The notes below the pieces were generated by a model. It worked only from the letters and a program-made list of their open reading frames with translations. It did not search any database and had not been told where the DNA came from. This document shows positions 37,829-47,167 of a DNA stretch of 64,000 nucleotides, one piece after another. A program made the position numbers and the translations under genes. The DNA lies in the sequence record MN445183.1. One strand, given 5' to 3'. The stretch's first letter is position 1, and each line of letters starts with the position of its first letter.

Positions 37829-38425
37829 ATGAAAGACTTTTATATAAGCCGTGTAGGTGACTCGGTTACGAGCCTGGGCGTCCTTCGACCAAATGCGGTG
37901 TCGGTCACAGCCAAAGCGCTTAACGGAAAAGAATGGGAGTTACGTCTGTTACCGGGCTTTGATCCCTACGTTTCTATCTTGTTGGTGCGTAATGGTTTGT
38001 TAGGTCTTTATCGGTTTGATCGTCGCATGTCGGCAATGTCAGACACGAGTGAACTTAACGGGCTAGATCAAGATGCTTTGGTGGCCATTGTGGAAGAGCT
38101 GTGCTGTAACCGGTTTTCAGAAGACCCTAACATCATCTTCTTAAAACCGATCGTCGGCAAGTTAGTGTTTCCACATAGTGTGCATACGGTGGGGTCCAGT
38201 CCGGTGTATGCCGGCAGTCAACTGGTGTTCACGTTGACACAGCGGCGCTTCACCGTAAACTATACCGTAGGGTTGGGTAAAATCCCGGTCATGCAGTTAA
38301 ATCAAATGAAACGAACGATCACTGGGGTTGAGCCGGCGTTTGCTAAACTCTTTGCGAGAATGGTCCGTGCGTCTTATGGGCGTAACGTTGGTGTATCGTA
38401 CACAGATTGCATTATCAAACAATAA
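37829..38425 (+). CDS. Hypothetical protein
   Basis: 198 aa, GGAG RBS. Confidence 0.7.
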   Translation: MKDFYISRVGDSVTSLGVLRPNAVSVTAKALNGKEWELRLLPGFDPYVSILLVRNGLLGLYRFDRRMSAMSDTSELNGLDQDALVAIVEELCCNRFSEDPNIIFLKPIVGKLVFPHSVHTVGSSPVYAGSQLVFTLTQRRFTVNYTVGLGKIPVMQLNQMKRTITGVEPAFAKLFARMVRASYGRNVGVSYTDCIIKQ

Positions 38426-38438
38426 AAGGGGTTGTACA

Positions 38439-39215
38439 ATGATTGGAGTTATGCGCGGTTGGTGGGCAGATTTTAAAGAGCGTCACGGGATTTGTCATTG
38501 GGGTGAAGGCATCAAGTGGGCACGCTACCATGCGAACAGCGGTGTGAAGGAAGTGGGTGTCGAATACCACTTTGGTGTCAAGGCTAAGCGACTTATGCTG
38601 GCATTGGAAATTGACAACACCGGTGAACAACTCGTTACGCTGCGTATGGGTATTCCGCTCCTGTTCAACTTCTATTTCTTTCTTGACGCTAAACCCAATC
38701 GTTTTACCAAGTGGTTTGCAGGCGAGGATTGGATGTTGGGCGGGCGTGAAACCGGGTTCTCCATTGATAAGGAGTACGTGCGTTTGAGTTTGCACAAAAC
38801 CACCAACGGCTGGAGCAGCGACAAGAAATGCGGTTACGGCAGTATTTGGACCTGGCGTGATGTGTTCATGGGTGACCATGACAGCACCAAAGGCAATCTG
38901 CGCTTTGATGTTGCGACCGGTTCCTTGGGTCCGTCTAAAGGCGTACCTGAAGGTCACAAAGACGTCGTGTTCGATGTAAAGCTGGAAGATTACGTTAGCA
39001 GCTACAGTCGCTGGTACATGTTCTGGTATCATCCGAAATGGACACGTATTTCGTTAACCCCTCGTGCTAAGATCGTAGTGCCAGGTAAAGGTGAGAACTC
39101 TTACGACCAGGATGATGAGATCATGGGTGAGATCACGTTTGGTTGTGACACCAAAACGGTAGCACAGGCGATTGCCGAATACAACCAGTCTCTTCACCGC
39201 TACATGACACGCTGA
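38439..39215 (+). CDS. Hypothetical protein
   Basis: ORF track 38328..39215; ATG 38439 after AAGGGG avoids a 98-nt overlap. Confidence 0.7.
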   Translation: MIGVMRGWWADFKERHGICHWGEGIKWARYHANSGVKEVGVEYHFGVKAKRLMLALEIDNTGEQLVTLRMGIPLLFNFYFFLDAKPNRFTKWFAGEDWMLGGRETGFSIDKEYVRLSLHKTTNGWSSDKKCGYGSIWTWRDVFMGDHDSTKGNLRFDVATGSLGPSKGVPEGHKDVVFDVKLEDYVSSYSRWYMFWYHPKWTRISLTPRAKIVVPGKGENSYDQDDEIMGEITFGCDTKTVAQAIAEYNQSLHRYMTR

Positions 39216-39222
39216 GGTATCA

Positions 39223-39873
39223 ATGAACGTTCACATCTATTGGGATGGCGATGACGTCCTCTTTGATACCAGCACCCAGTTTTACGGCATTATGGAACAG
39301 AAGTACGGATTACGTTTGGAGCCGGATCTGTTCTTGACACCGGAAAACACCATGGGGTGTTTGAAGCCTGAGCTGGACTCCGCGGAGTTCATGCGTACGA
39401 CTCCGATTGTTCCAGATGCGGTGGCGGCGCTGAATCACATCCAGCGTAACTTCCCTACCATCAACAATAACCTTGCAACACATCGCGGTTATCATGAAGA
39501 TGGTCAGCGGTTTACGGATGAGTTGTTACATCATCATCAGATCAGCCTTCATAATCGTCTGTATATTGATCCTGCGGCGCATAAAGACAAGATGGGTGTC
39601 TTGCGCAGCATCCATTCAAAAGACGACATTGTTATCCTGGTTGATGACAACACGTATTACGATCACGACAAATACCCGAACACGTACACGGTATTAATTG
39701 ATAAACCGTGGAACAAAGACGTCGTGACCACACATCCTTACTTACGTGTAACGCCGGATAAGCTGTGCGATGTGCTGTGCTTTATCCTGCGAAAACACAA
39801 CGTTCCTGAGAGTGACTTATGGAAGAAAGACCAAGAGTTAAACTCTCCACTGAAATTGGCCGCGGGTTTATGA
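39223..39873 (+). CDS. HAD-superfamily 5'(3')-deoxyribonucleotidase-like protein
   Basis: Motif I WDGDDVLFD, motif II LATHRG, K..., motif IV LVDDN. Confidence 0.75.
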   Translation: MNVHIYWDGDDVLFDTSTQFYGIMEQKYGLRLEPDLFLTPENTMGCLKPELDSAEFMRTTPIVPDAVAALNHIQRNFPTINNNLATHRGYHEDGQRFTDELLHHHQISLHNRLYIDPAAHKDKMGVLRSIHSKDDIVILVDDNTYYDHDKYPNTYTVLIDKPWNKDVVTTHPYLRVTPDKLCDVLCFILRKHNVPESDLWKKDQELNSPLKLAAGL

Positions 39874-40250
39874 TGGCAGAACAACTCTGGTTTGATATTG
39901 ACATGTGTCAGTCAAGCCAAGGGTTGGTCGTGCCGGGTAAGAACGCACACCCAATGGAGGCGGTGAAGTACACGATCTGTCGTCATGCCTTGAATACCTA
40001 CCACGAGCGCCAAACAATGTTAACCCCTGACGGGCTGATCGAGCACATGTGGTTCACGTACGCCATGTTGCCGTGCTATTTTAACTTTGACGACGTGCCG
40101 TATGTAGCGTTGGTGTCTTTACGCGGTATCTGCTGGGTGAGCAAAGTTCCTATTGTGATTCTGGATGTCGAAGGCCCGCACTACGCACAGCTGATGACAT
40201 TGACCGACGGTGTTCGGGAGAACATCCGTACAATCATACGGCAAATGTAA
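39870..40250 (+). CDS. Hypothetical protein
   Basis: ATGA overlap with the HAD gene stop. Confidence 0.65.
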   Translation: MMAEQLWFDIDMCQSSQGLVVPGKNAHPMEAVKYTICRHALNTYHERQTMLTPDGLIEHMWFTYAMLPCYFNFDDVPYVALVSLRGICWVSKVPIVILDVEGPHYAQLMTLTDGVRENIRTIIRQM

Positions 40251-40287
40251 TTATTATGTTGTTTAACCCAAATTAAGAGAATGGATT

Positions 40288-40854
40288 ATGAACCACGTTT
40301 TTCTTGCTCGTGAGCATCTTCTGGTTATCTACACCGAAACCGGTGAATACAAAATCCCTGCCGACCACGTTGGTGACAAAGGCATCTTTGATATCACTAA
40401 CTGGCCATTTGACATCATGCGCATTAACGAAACTAACTGCATGGTGTTTGCTGACCCGAATTTCATGACTTCCATGGGTTCTGGTTTTACCAGCAACGGG
40501 GAACTGGTAACTGGAGCATTAGTGTGGCGTGACCGTTTCCTGTACCGTTACGGTATTGAAGGCGAGCTGCACCAGATTGCTGACTTCCCCGCACCGTGGA
40601 CTAACCTGGGCCGTGGTTTCTATGTCCAGAACAGCAGTGGGGAGTTGTACGATGAACTGATGCAACTGGTTACGACCGCGGACAACATCAACGATACCAA
40701 ACAGTATCAGGATGAGTTCACGGCCAAAGCGGTGCGCATCATGGTGAAATACAAAATCCCCGTGCAGTTCGCATACAGCATTAACGTACGCACCGGTGGG
40801 ATGTCTCGTGTGAACCGTAACCGCATGAAAGAGCTCGAACAGCAAGCGTCATAA
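40288..40854 (+). CDS. Hypothetical protein
   Basis: 188 aa with RBS-like AAGAG/GGA upstream. Confidence 0.7.
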   Translation: MNHVFLAREHLLVIYTETGEYKIPADHVGDKGIFDITNWPFDIMRINETNCMVFADPNFMTSMGSGFTSNGELVTGALVWRDRFLYRYGIEGELHQIADFPAPWTNLGRGFYVQNSSGELYDELMQLVTTADNINDTKQYQDEFTAKAVRIMVKYKIPVQFAYSINVRTGGMSRVNRNRMKELEQQAS

Positions 40855-40860
40855 ATCAAT

Positions 40861-40907
40861 AAGGATTAGTCCTGCGCCGCGGCGTGGGATTAATCCTTTT
40901 TATGCTG
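40861..40907 (+). terminator. Long hairpin followed by TTTTATGCTG
   Basis: AAGGATTA...TAATCCTT stem, short T-run plus motif variant. Confidence 0.6.
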
Positions 40908-40913
40908 TATTTA

Positions 40914-40938
40914 TTTTCAACCCTACATTACCGTCGTG
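40914..40938 (+). promoter_or_regulatory. Early-type phage promoter motif
   Basis: TTTTCAACC-CTACATTAC-CGTC-GTG; upstream GCTGTATTTATTTTCA is identical to the 59878 copy. Confidence 0.7.
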
Positions 40939-41007
40939 ATCTGAGATTTCAGTACTTCTAAACATAACCACTCAAAGGTATGTAACCCGTTACTGTGGAG
41001 GCCTGAC

Positions 41008-41298
41008 ATGTTAGAGCATCACATCTTTATCATTCTGGGAAAGCTATTGCTCAGCTTTACCGTCGTGGTATTAGCTGAGCGTAACCAACCTAAACCGTAC
41101 TACTACGTTGTCGAGATTCTTCTCGGCAGTGCTGTTATTGCTGCAATACCTATCACCGGTCACGTCGTCATGTACGCGGCGACCGCATGGCTATTGCGAG
41201 ATTATCCTGATGGTTTAGTTCGTGCCTGGCTATGGCCGGTAGAACTGTACCGTTCACTCGTTAAGTGTTTTACTAAACGCTACCCGTTTCGTCATTAA
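41008..41298 (+). CDS. Small membrane protein
   Basis: Two hydrophobic segments; GGAGG RBS. Confidence 0.65.
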   Translation: MLEHHIFIILGKLLLSFTVVVLAERNQPKPYYYVVEILLGSAVIAAIPITGHVVMYAATAWLLRDYPDGLVRAWLWPVELYRSLVKCFTKRYPFRH

Positions 41299-41310
41299 TA
41301 AGGGAAAGTT

Positions 41311-41856
41311 ATGTCCATTGTCGATAAGTTTAAAAACTGGCCGCAGCAGAAACAACGTAAACTGCTGGAAGAATTACTGATGATCCATGCCGGCACTGAC
41401 GGAACTAAGTTACTGTATGCCAAGCCAGAACAGCTGAACGTGGCCTGGCACGACTCACCGGAAACCATTCACCGTGCCTATTGGGATCCGGTATGTCAAC
41501 GTGAAGGCATCCCCTACGAAGAACTATTCTCTCGCATGAGTATCGAAACTGGTGACAACGGTCTGGGGGATATCGTGGGTAACACCCCTGAGCAAGTATT
41601 GGCCGGTATCCGTCAGCAAGGTTGTTGGGCGTTTACCAACTACAATGACCGGACGGTAAACCTGTGGGTCGGCAACGCAGACCAGGGCATGGTGATGCGA
41701 ATGATCATGTCTGAGGTTGCGCACTTAACGCCTGACCGTTGGGCTGATGAGCAGTTGGAAGAACTGCGCGCTGAACAGTTTGGGTATGTGGCGGACATTG
41801 CCTTGCAAATCTTTACTCAAGCGATGGAAAACCGCGCGGCTAAACTGGAGGGTTAA
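41311..41856 (+). CDS. Hypothetical protein with degenerate zincin-like SEVAH motif
   Basis: 181 aa; beta-beta-helix WAFT...VNLWV...MIMSEVAH. Confidence 0.65.
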   Translation: MSIVDKFKNWPQQKQRKLLEELLMIHAGTDGTKLLYAKPEQLNVAWHDSPETIHRAYWDPVCQREGIPYEELFSRMSIETGDNGLGDIVGNTPEQVLAGIRQQGCWAFTNYNDRTVNLWVGNADQGMVMRMIMSEVAHLTPDRWADEQLEELRAEQFGYVADIALQIFTQAMENRAAKLEG

Positions 41857-41857
41857 C

Positions 41858-42082
41858 ATGTGGTCACTGCTGTGGTATCTTTTATTGGGCTGGTTCGTTT
41901 CATCGGTCATTTTGCATTACGGCGAACGTCGGGGGATTCATACGACGAATCCACGCGCTGAACTCCCTGGCTTTATGTCGTGGTGGAACGTTTTCTCTTA
42001 TCCACTCAAAGCGATTGCTCGTACAGTCTGGGCAATCATCAGCTGGTTCTATGAACTGATCTGGCGTTTCGTAAAAGGATAA
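41858..42082 (+). CDS. Small membrane protein
   Basis: GGAGG RBS before ATG 41858; N-terminal TM, Trp-rich. Confidence 0.65.
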   Translation: MWSLLWYLLLGWFVSSVILHYGERRGIHTTNPRAELPGFMSWWNVFSYPLKAIARTVWAIISWFYELIWRFVKG

Positions 42083-42088
42083 TAATAA

Positions 42089-43192
42089 ATGTCGGCGATC
42101 TATTTGCTGATTGTCTTTATTCCAGCGATGCTGTGGGTGATCCTCAGCAAGTTCATCTTCCGGGCAACAATTACACTCAAAGAGTGGTGCATGCAGATTG
42201 GTGCGCTTATCTTGGTGTCGTTGTTGTTCTGGGGATTTATCGCAATGGGTAGCCTCACAATGTCGTATGATAGTGAGGTTTTAAATGGCTATATCACAGG
42301 AAAAGAAAGCGTCAGGGTTTCTTGCGAACACCAGTACAAGTGCGGTGAGACGTGCACACGCGACAGTAAAGGTAACGAGTCCTGTGTGCCGATTTACTGT
42401 GACGAACATCCTTACGATGTGGATTGGGATGTACATTCCACGGTTGGTGACTGGACTATCCATCGCATCAACCGCCAAGGCACGCGTGAACCACCTCGTT
42501 GGGCGCAGGTTGTCATCGGTGAACCGGCAGCCAAAGAAGCATCTGCACGCAACTACATGCTGCTGCAAGAACATCACTTTGATACTGGTGAAGCGATCAT
42601 GCAGAAGTACGAGAAGGATATCCCCAAATATCCAGAAACGTACGATTACTACCGCATCGATCGGGTGATTAACCAGACGAAAGGTGACTACGCCTGGATG
42701 AACACGTACCTGAACGATCAGCTCCGCATGCTGGGTAAAGCCAAACAGCTGAACGTGATCGTTGTAATAACGAACAAACCGTACGATTATTATACGGCAG
42801 TAAGACATGCGTGGAAAGGCACCAAGCGCAATGACGTGCAATTGTTCTACGGTTTAGACGACACCGGTAAGATCGTGTGGTTCAAAGCCGATTCATTTGC
42901 GGACGGGCAGTCAAACTCAGCAATGCTGGAATCATTACGTATTCCAACATTGGATACCATGTTGACGCCAGACGTACTGAACGAACAGCTGGTCATTATC
43001 AAAGACAAGTTTGTCCGTTTACCCAACGAGAAACTGGAGTACCTGAAAGACCAATGGTCGCCATCCATTGGGTTCATCAGTTTCCTCACCATCTTGAACC
43101 TCATTATCGCTATCGGGCTTAGTATTGTAATGCACCGAGAAGATTTATCTGAGTTCGAGTTCTTAAACAAAAATAAACGTCGTTATTATTAA
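42089..43192 (+). CDS. Membrane protein with Cys-rich extracytoplasmic loop and TPM-like domain
   Basis: 2 N-terminal TMs, CEHQYKCGETC...CVPIYC, VIVVIT...AW.G...NDVQLFYG, C-terminal TM. Confidence 0.65.
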   Translation: MSAIYLLIVFIPAMLWVILSKFIFRATITLKEWCMQIGALILVSLLFWGFIAMGSLTMSYDSEVLNGYITGKESVRVSCEHQYKCGETCTRDSKGNESCVPIYCDEHPYDVDWDVHSTVGDWTIHRINRQGTREPPRWAQVVIGEPAAKEASARNYMLLQEHHFDTGEAIMQKYEKDIPKYPETYDYYRIDRVINQTKGDYAWMNTYLNDQLRMLGKAKQLNVIVVITNKPYDYYTAVRHAWKGTKRNDVQLFYGLDDTGKIVWFKADSFADGQSNSAMLESLRIPTLDTMLTPDVLNEQLVIIKDKFVRLPNEKLEYLKDQWSPSIGFISFLTILNLIIAIGLSIVMHREDLSEFEFLNKNKRRYY

Positions 43193-43815
43193 TGGAGAGA
43201 CACATGAGCTACGCTCAACAGCAGCAGCAAGAATCTAAGAAAGGCCTGGGCGCCGGGGTCGTTGTAGCAATTATCTTTGGCGGTATCCTTGGGCTCTGTG
43301 TCCTGGTGGGCGGTATTGCAGCGATGGCGTACATTGGTGCGGCCAACAAAGGCAACCAGATGGAGAACTCCATCGATCAGCTGCGTCAGGCTTCTGCGTC
43401 CACACTCAGCAACTTAACCCAGACCATCCAGGAACAGGCTCAGGTGCCTGAGATGGCCACTGACCATTTAAAGCAAATCATTGAAGCCCAGATGACCGGT
43501 CGTTATGGTGCAGATGGTTCTAAAGCGGTGTTCCAGTTCCTGAAAGAACAGAACCTGCAAGTTGACCAGCGTATGTATCTTAACATCCAGGCAGCAATGT
43601 CAGGTGGGCGTAAAGAGTTTGAGATTTCTCAGAACCGTCTCTTATCACAATGCCGAGCCTATAAAGACGAGACCGGTAACGTTTGGTCTGGTTTCTGGTT
43701 GCGTCTGGCGGGTTATCCTAAAGCTGACCTGGCGGTAGTGTGTCGTGCTGTTACTGATACCAAAACTGATGCTGCGTTCGAAACGGGGCACCAGACTAAG
43801 ATCAGTCTGAAGTAA
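43192..43815 (+). CDS. LemA-like membrane-anchored helical protein
   Basis: Single N-terminal TM, helical body, IQAAMSGGRKEFEISQNRL...Y...NVWSGFWLRLAGYP resembling the LemA C-terminus. Confidence 0.55.
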   Translation: MERHMSYAQQQQQESKKGLGAGVVVAIIFGGILGLCVLVGGIAAMAYIGAANKGNQMENSIDQLRQASASTLSNLTQTIQEQAQVPEMATDHLKQIIEAQMTGRYGADGSKAVFQFLKEQNLQVDQRMYLNIQAAMSGGRKEFEISQNRLLSQCRAYKDETGNVWSGFWLRLAGYPKADLAVVCRAVTDTKTDAAFETGHQTKISLK

Positions 43816-43841
43816 TAATAAGAAAGTAGTGCGCTAAAACT

Positions 43842-43872
43842 GAGAGGAGGGAAACCTCCTCTCTTTATACCA
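43842..43872 (+). terminator. GAAA hairpin followed by TTATACCA (motif variant)
   Basis: GAGAGGAGG-GAAA-CCTCCTCTC perfect 9-bp stem. Confidence 0.6.
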
Positions 43873-43896
43873 AATAACTTGTTGGAGTAGTGAATT

Positions 43897-45315
43897 ATGT
43901 CTGGATATATGTCTATCGTAGAACGTTGCATGCGCGTAATCATTAACAACCCGGGTGGTGTATCATGGGCTCGTTTACACGAACGCATTGATCTTTTAGC
44001 CAAAGCAAGTAAGCGCGATAAGACACAAGTGTTTCAACATCTAAAAGGAAAGAACAATCTTTGGAACAACGATGCTGACGACATGTCAGAAACCCTGTTC
44101 ATGCTAAGCAGTGAAGCACCGCAAGAGGCCGTAACCGAAACTAGCCATACACAAGTTTCGACTACTGCTGCTGCGAAGAAAGAGCGTTTGAAGAAGTTTG
44201 AAAACATCGGGACCACCAAAACGATTGCACGTCAGCCGCACCCGATTGATGTGGTCATCAATACCGATAAGACCATGAATGTCCAACCTATCCCAACGGT
44301 GGCTAAAGTCACCCGCTTACATCCAGGTAAGAAAATGAACGATGTATTTGCTGATCATGCCGAACTCAACGAAGACGATGTCATTGCCGAAATGGCTTGG
44401 CATGTTTACGAATCCGGTGAGCATGGAATGACGTTAAACTCACTGCGCATGTCGGTACCTGAGTATTCTGAGCGTGATATGGGTGAACGCGCGTATCTGA
44501 TCAACACCATGCGTCAGCGTTACGGGATCGGGTACTATGAAAAAGAAACGATTGGTGATCGCATCATCAAAGTGCTGGCGCGTCGAGCAGGTGGCACGCA
44601 CTACGTTGAACGTCCTGAATGGTTTATCAAAATGGGACGCAAAGCATTTGAGCGTAACACTGAAGCACTGCGCGAAATCAAACCTCAGGTGGCAACCTTT
44701 GGCTCAGTAACAAACAACGCCATGGCTGATGCATTTTCTAAACTGAATGCGGTAACGCTGTTTACCAACAACGCAGGAACTGAGAATGACGAGTACGATG
44801 AGGAAGAAGACGATATCGAAGTCGATGCTGCTGAAACTGATGAAACCTTACAGCTGGCTAAACCAACCCGTGACTTCATTAACGTGTGGACCAATGAACG
44901 TCCTAATAACCCAACCGTAGCGGTCAGCGCACCGCCTGCAAGCCCGATGATGAGCGTTTCAGTTACTAAGGCGGAACACGTGATGGAATCATTCAAGATC
45001 GATGAACCGGTTAAGGCTGATACCCCTAAACCAGAGCCCGTTAATCTGTTGTCTGATAACCTTCAGCCGATGCCCGATACCGGACCGGTAACCAAAGAAG
45101 AAGTATCTCGCACAGCAGATACGCTTCGCTTGATTGCTGATCAGCTGGAAGCACAGGCACAAGTCAGTGAACGGGTACGTGAGAAGAAAGCTCGCTTTGA
45201 CCATTTGCTGAAACAAGCCCGTGTAAGCGCAATAGCTGTCCAACAGCAGCTGGATGCGCACAATGCGATTCTGAACGATTTGGAACAGGCAGCGAATGAA
45301 CTGACCTCTATCTAA
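43897..45315 (+). CDS. Hypothetical protein, possible tandem winged-helix domains plus C-terminal coiled coil
   Basis: 472 aa; acidic linker; helical C-terminus. Confidence 0.7.
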   Translation: MSGYMSIVERCMRVIINNPGGVSWARLHERIDLLAKASKRDKTQVFQHLKGKNNLWNNDADDMSETLFMLSSEAPQEAVTETSHTQVSTTAAAKKERLKKFENIGTTKTIARQPHPIDVVINTDKTMNVQPIPTVAKVTRLHPGKKMNDVFADHAELNEDDVIAEMAWHVYESGEHGMTLNSLRMSVPEYSERDMGERAYLINTMRQRYGIGYYEKETIGDRIIKVLARRAGGTHYVERPEWFIKMGRKAFERNTEALREIKPQVATFGSVTNNAMADAFSKLNAVTLFTNNAGTENDEYDEEEDDIEVDAAETDETLQLAKPTRDFINVWTNERPNNPTVAVSAPPASPMMSVSVTKAEHVMESFKIDEPVKADTPKPEPVNLLSDNLQPMPDTGPVTKEEVSRTADTLRLIADQLEAQAQVSERVREKKARFDHLLKQARVSAIAVQQQLDAHNAILNDLEQAANELTSI

Positions 45316-45327
45316 CAGGACACCGTC

Positions 45328-46113
45328 ATGACCCACCCATTACTTGTTGGAACTCCGGACCCGGAGACGCTACGTCGTCTTGCGGCGGTGTTGGAGTCGC
45401 AGACGAGTATGTCGGATTCAGAACGGATAGCAATTGATAAACTCAACCGTTGCACAACGGCGGTTGAACAATCAGCGGCCAAGCTCAACGAACTGTGGAC
45501 GAACCATTTGGCGATTCTTGCCGAACTGGAACTCCTTGGTGTTGAGCTGTCCGAGCAATTCCTGGAAGATGAACGACATCAAACCGTCACAGGCAGTATC
45601 GTCATTGACAACGTCATTGTTGAAATTGAAGTCCAGTTTCAAATCCTAACACGCAATGGTAACGCTACGCGGGCAATTAACGCGATTAGCATCAAGCGTG
45701 ACAAGGAACGTGTAGACATTGTCTCGCAGAACAGTAAAACCCTGGTGGTTTACGAAGACCAGGAACTCATCATGGATGTTGCCATTAACACCTTGACGGG
45801 AGCGACTGCGGATGATGCTTTGCGTTTTGTGATGTCATCAATCGAGCGTTGGACATTAGAACATCGTCACGATAATCATTTTGATCTGGTAATCAAGCTA
45901 CTGATCAAGTGTAAAGTGATTGTGCATCCCGAAGAGAAGGTGGTGAACCCTACCCCGGCTCCAGTTGTTGAACCTGTGAACACGGGACTGACCCGTGCAC
46001 ACCATACTCGTGAATACATCCCACATGGCACTACCTTCTGGCGTGATGGTCACTGGCGGACAAGCAGCCGTGGCAATCGCTATTGGGTAGAAGGTCACTG
46101 GGTCACTCGTTGA
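45328..46113 (+). CDS. Hypothetical protein with C-terminal GHWR/GHWV motif
   Basis: 261 aa; ends HHTREYIPHGTTFWRDGHWRTSSRGNRYWVEGHWVTR. Confidence 0.7.
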   Translation: MTHPLLVGTPDPETLRRLAAVLESQTSMSDSERIAIDKLNRCTTAVEQSAAKLNELWTNHLAILAELELLGVELSEQFLEDERHQTVTGSIVIDNVIVEIEVQFQILTRNGNATRAINAISIKRDKERVDIVSQNSKTLVVYEDQELIMDVAINTLTGATADDALRFVMSSIERWTLEHRHDNHFDLVIKLLIKCKVIVHPEEKVVNPTPAPVVEPVNTGLTRAHHTREYIPHGTTFWRDGHWRTSSRGNRYWVEGHWVTR

Positions 46114-46122
46114 TAAGGAATT

Positions 46123-46323
46123 GTGATGAAAGAAAAGTTTTCTCTGAAAGACGTAGCTAAACTGATGGGGATTAGCGTTAAGTCCATGAAGATTCGTGTG
46201 ACGACCGGTAAATTCAAACAGCCTGATGAACGGCGCGACGGTGAGCTGTATTGGAAGCGTGAATCGCTTTCTGAATACCTGACCACGACCACCGAGCCGT
46301 TTGACGAAGACGCTGTCTTCTAA
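46123..46323 (+). CDS. AlpA/excisionase-like helix-turn-helix DNA-binding protein
   Basis: FSLKDVAKLMGISVKSMKIRVTTGKFKQPD...YWKRESLSEYL. Confidence 0.7.
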   Translation: MMKEKFSLKDVAKLMGISVKSMKIRVTTGKFKQPDERRDGELYWKRESLSEYLTTTTEPFDEDAVF

Positions 46324-46325
46324 GA

Positions 46326-46366
46326 CGGCATAAGAGTAGGGTTCATCCCCCTACTCTTTTTTTTTT
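46326..46366. terminator. Bidirectional hairpin: poly-T on plus, TTATGCCG on minus
   Basis: CGGCATAA-GAGTAGGG...CCCTACTC-T-run. Confidence 0.7.
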
Positions 46367-46451
46367 ATTTGTTTTGAGTCCTACATTACTTAAGTGTACC
46401 AATCCAATCCACTTCTTTAAGGGAGCAGCGAGCTGCCCAAAGGAAACCACA

Positions 46452-47147
46452 ATGAACATATTGAACGCAGGCAAGATTGACATCAAACCAACCAGCTATT
46501 CCATGATCATCAACTCTGGCGACACAGAGGACGGGTTGTTGGACTTTAGACTTAAAGTCACTCGTCAGACAATAGGTCGCTTTCTGGGTGTGCTGCCGTT
46601 GCTTATTCCGGAAGCCCGTCGATCGTTCCAACGAGTGTCGTTCTGGCTAGACTTTCCTGTTGACATTGGATACATGACTAAACTCGACACCATGGACCTG
46701 TCTGCCAAACGCATCTATTTCAAAGCGACGGACGATGAACTACTGTGTTACGTGCCTGGTTACGATAAGGCGATCACCACCTCGGTCACTTCGTTCGTTG
46801 AATCGATTAACGAGCTGCACTCGACTATTCTTGGTAAGACGCTCGAATCGATCAAGGGCACCCTGGCTGGTTCAGTTGTAAACAAAAAGCCTGATACGTT
46901 CAGAGCCATCGGTGTTTTTACGCCTAACAGCTTTGCAGGCCATGTCATGGCAGCGTACGATGCTAATACGTGCGTTGTTTCTAATTACATATTCAACGAG
47001 AACACGAAAGTATTAGAACGGTTTAACCACCCTAAGTACATTAATTACTTCAGGAACTCTGAAGAGCATGGTTGGGATATGGCAGCAACTGTCCCGTTCT
47101 TAAGCGCTGATCTCGTTAAAGCTTCTTCTGTTTTCTGTACTTACTGA
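46452..47147 (+). CDS. Hypothetical protein
   Basis: AAGGA RBS before ATG 46452. Confidence 0.7.
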   Translation: MNILNAGKIDIKPTSYSMIINSGDTEDGLLDFRLKVTRQTIGRFLGVLPLLIPEARRSFQRVSFWLDFPVDIGYMTKLDTMDLSAKRIYFKATDDELLCYVPGYDKAITTSVTSFVESINELHSTILGKTLESIKGTLAGSVVNKKPDTFRAIGVFTPNSFAGHVMAAYDANTCVVSNYIFNENTKVLERFNHPKYINYFRNSEEHGWDMAATVPFLSADLVKASSVFCTY

Positions 47148-47167
47148 TTTAAAAAAAGGAACTTCAC

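Noticed and set aside
38415-39032. 205-aa minus-strand ORF (likewise 1652..2245, 42281..42841, 47675..48244, 15063..15593 and 58012..58473)
   Set aside because: Fully antisense to well-supported genes, with no RBS, promoter or protein motif.
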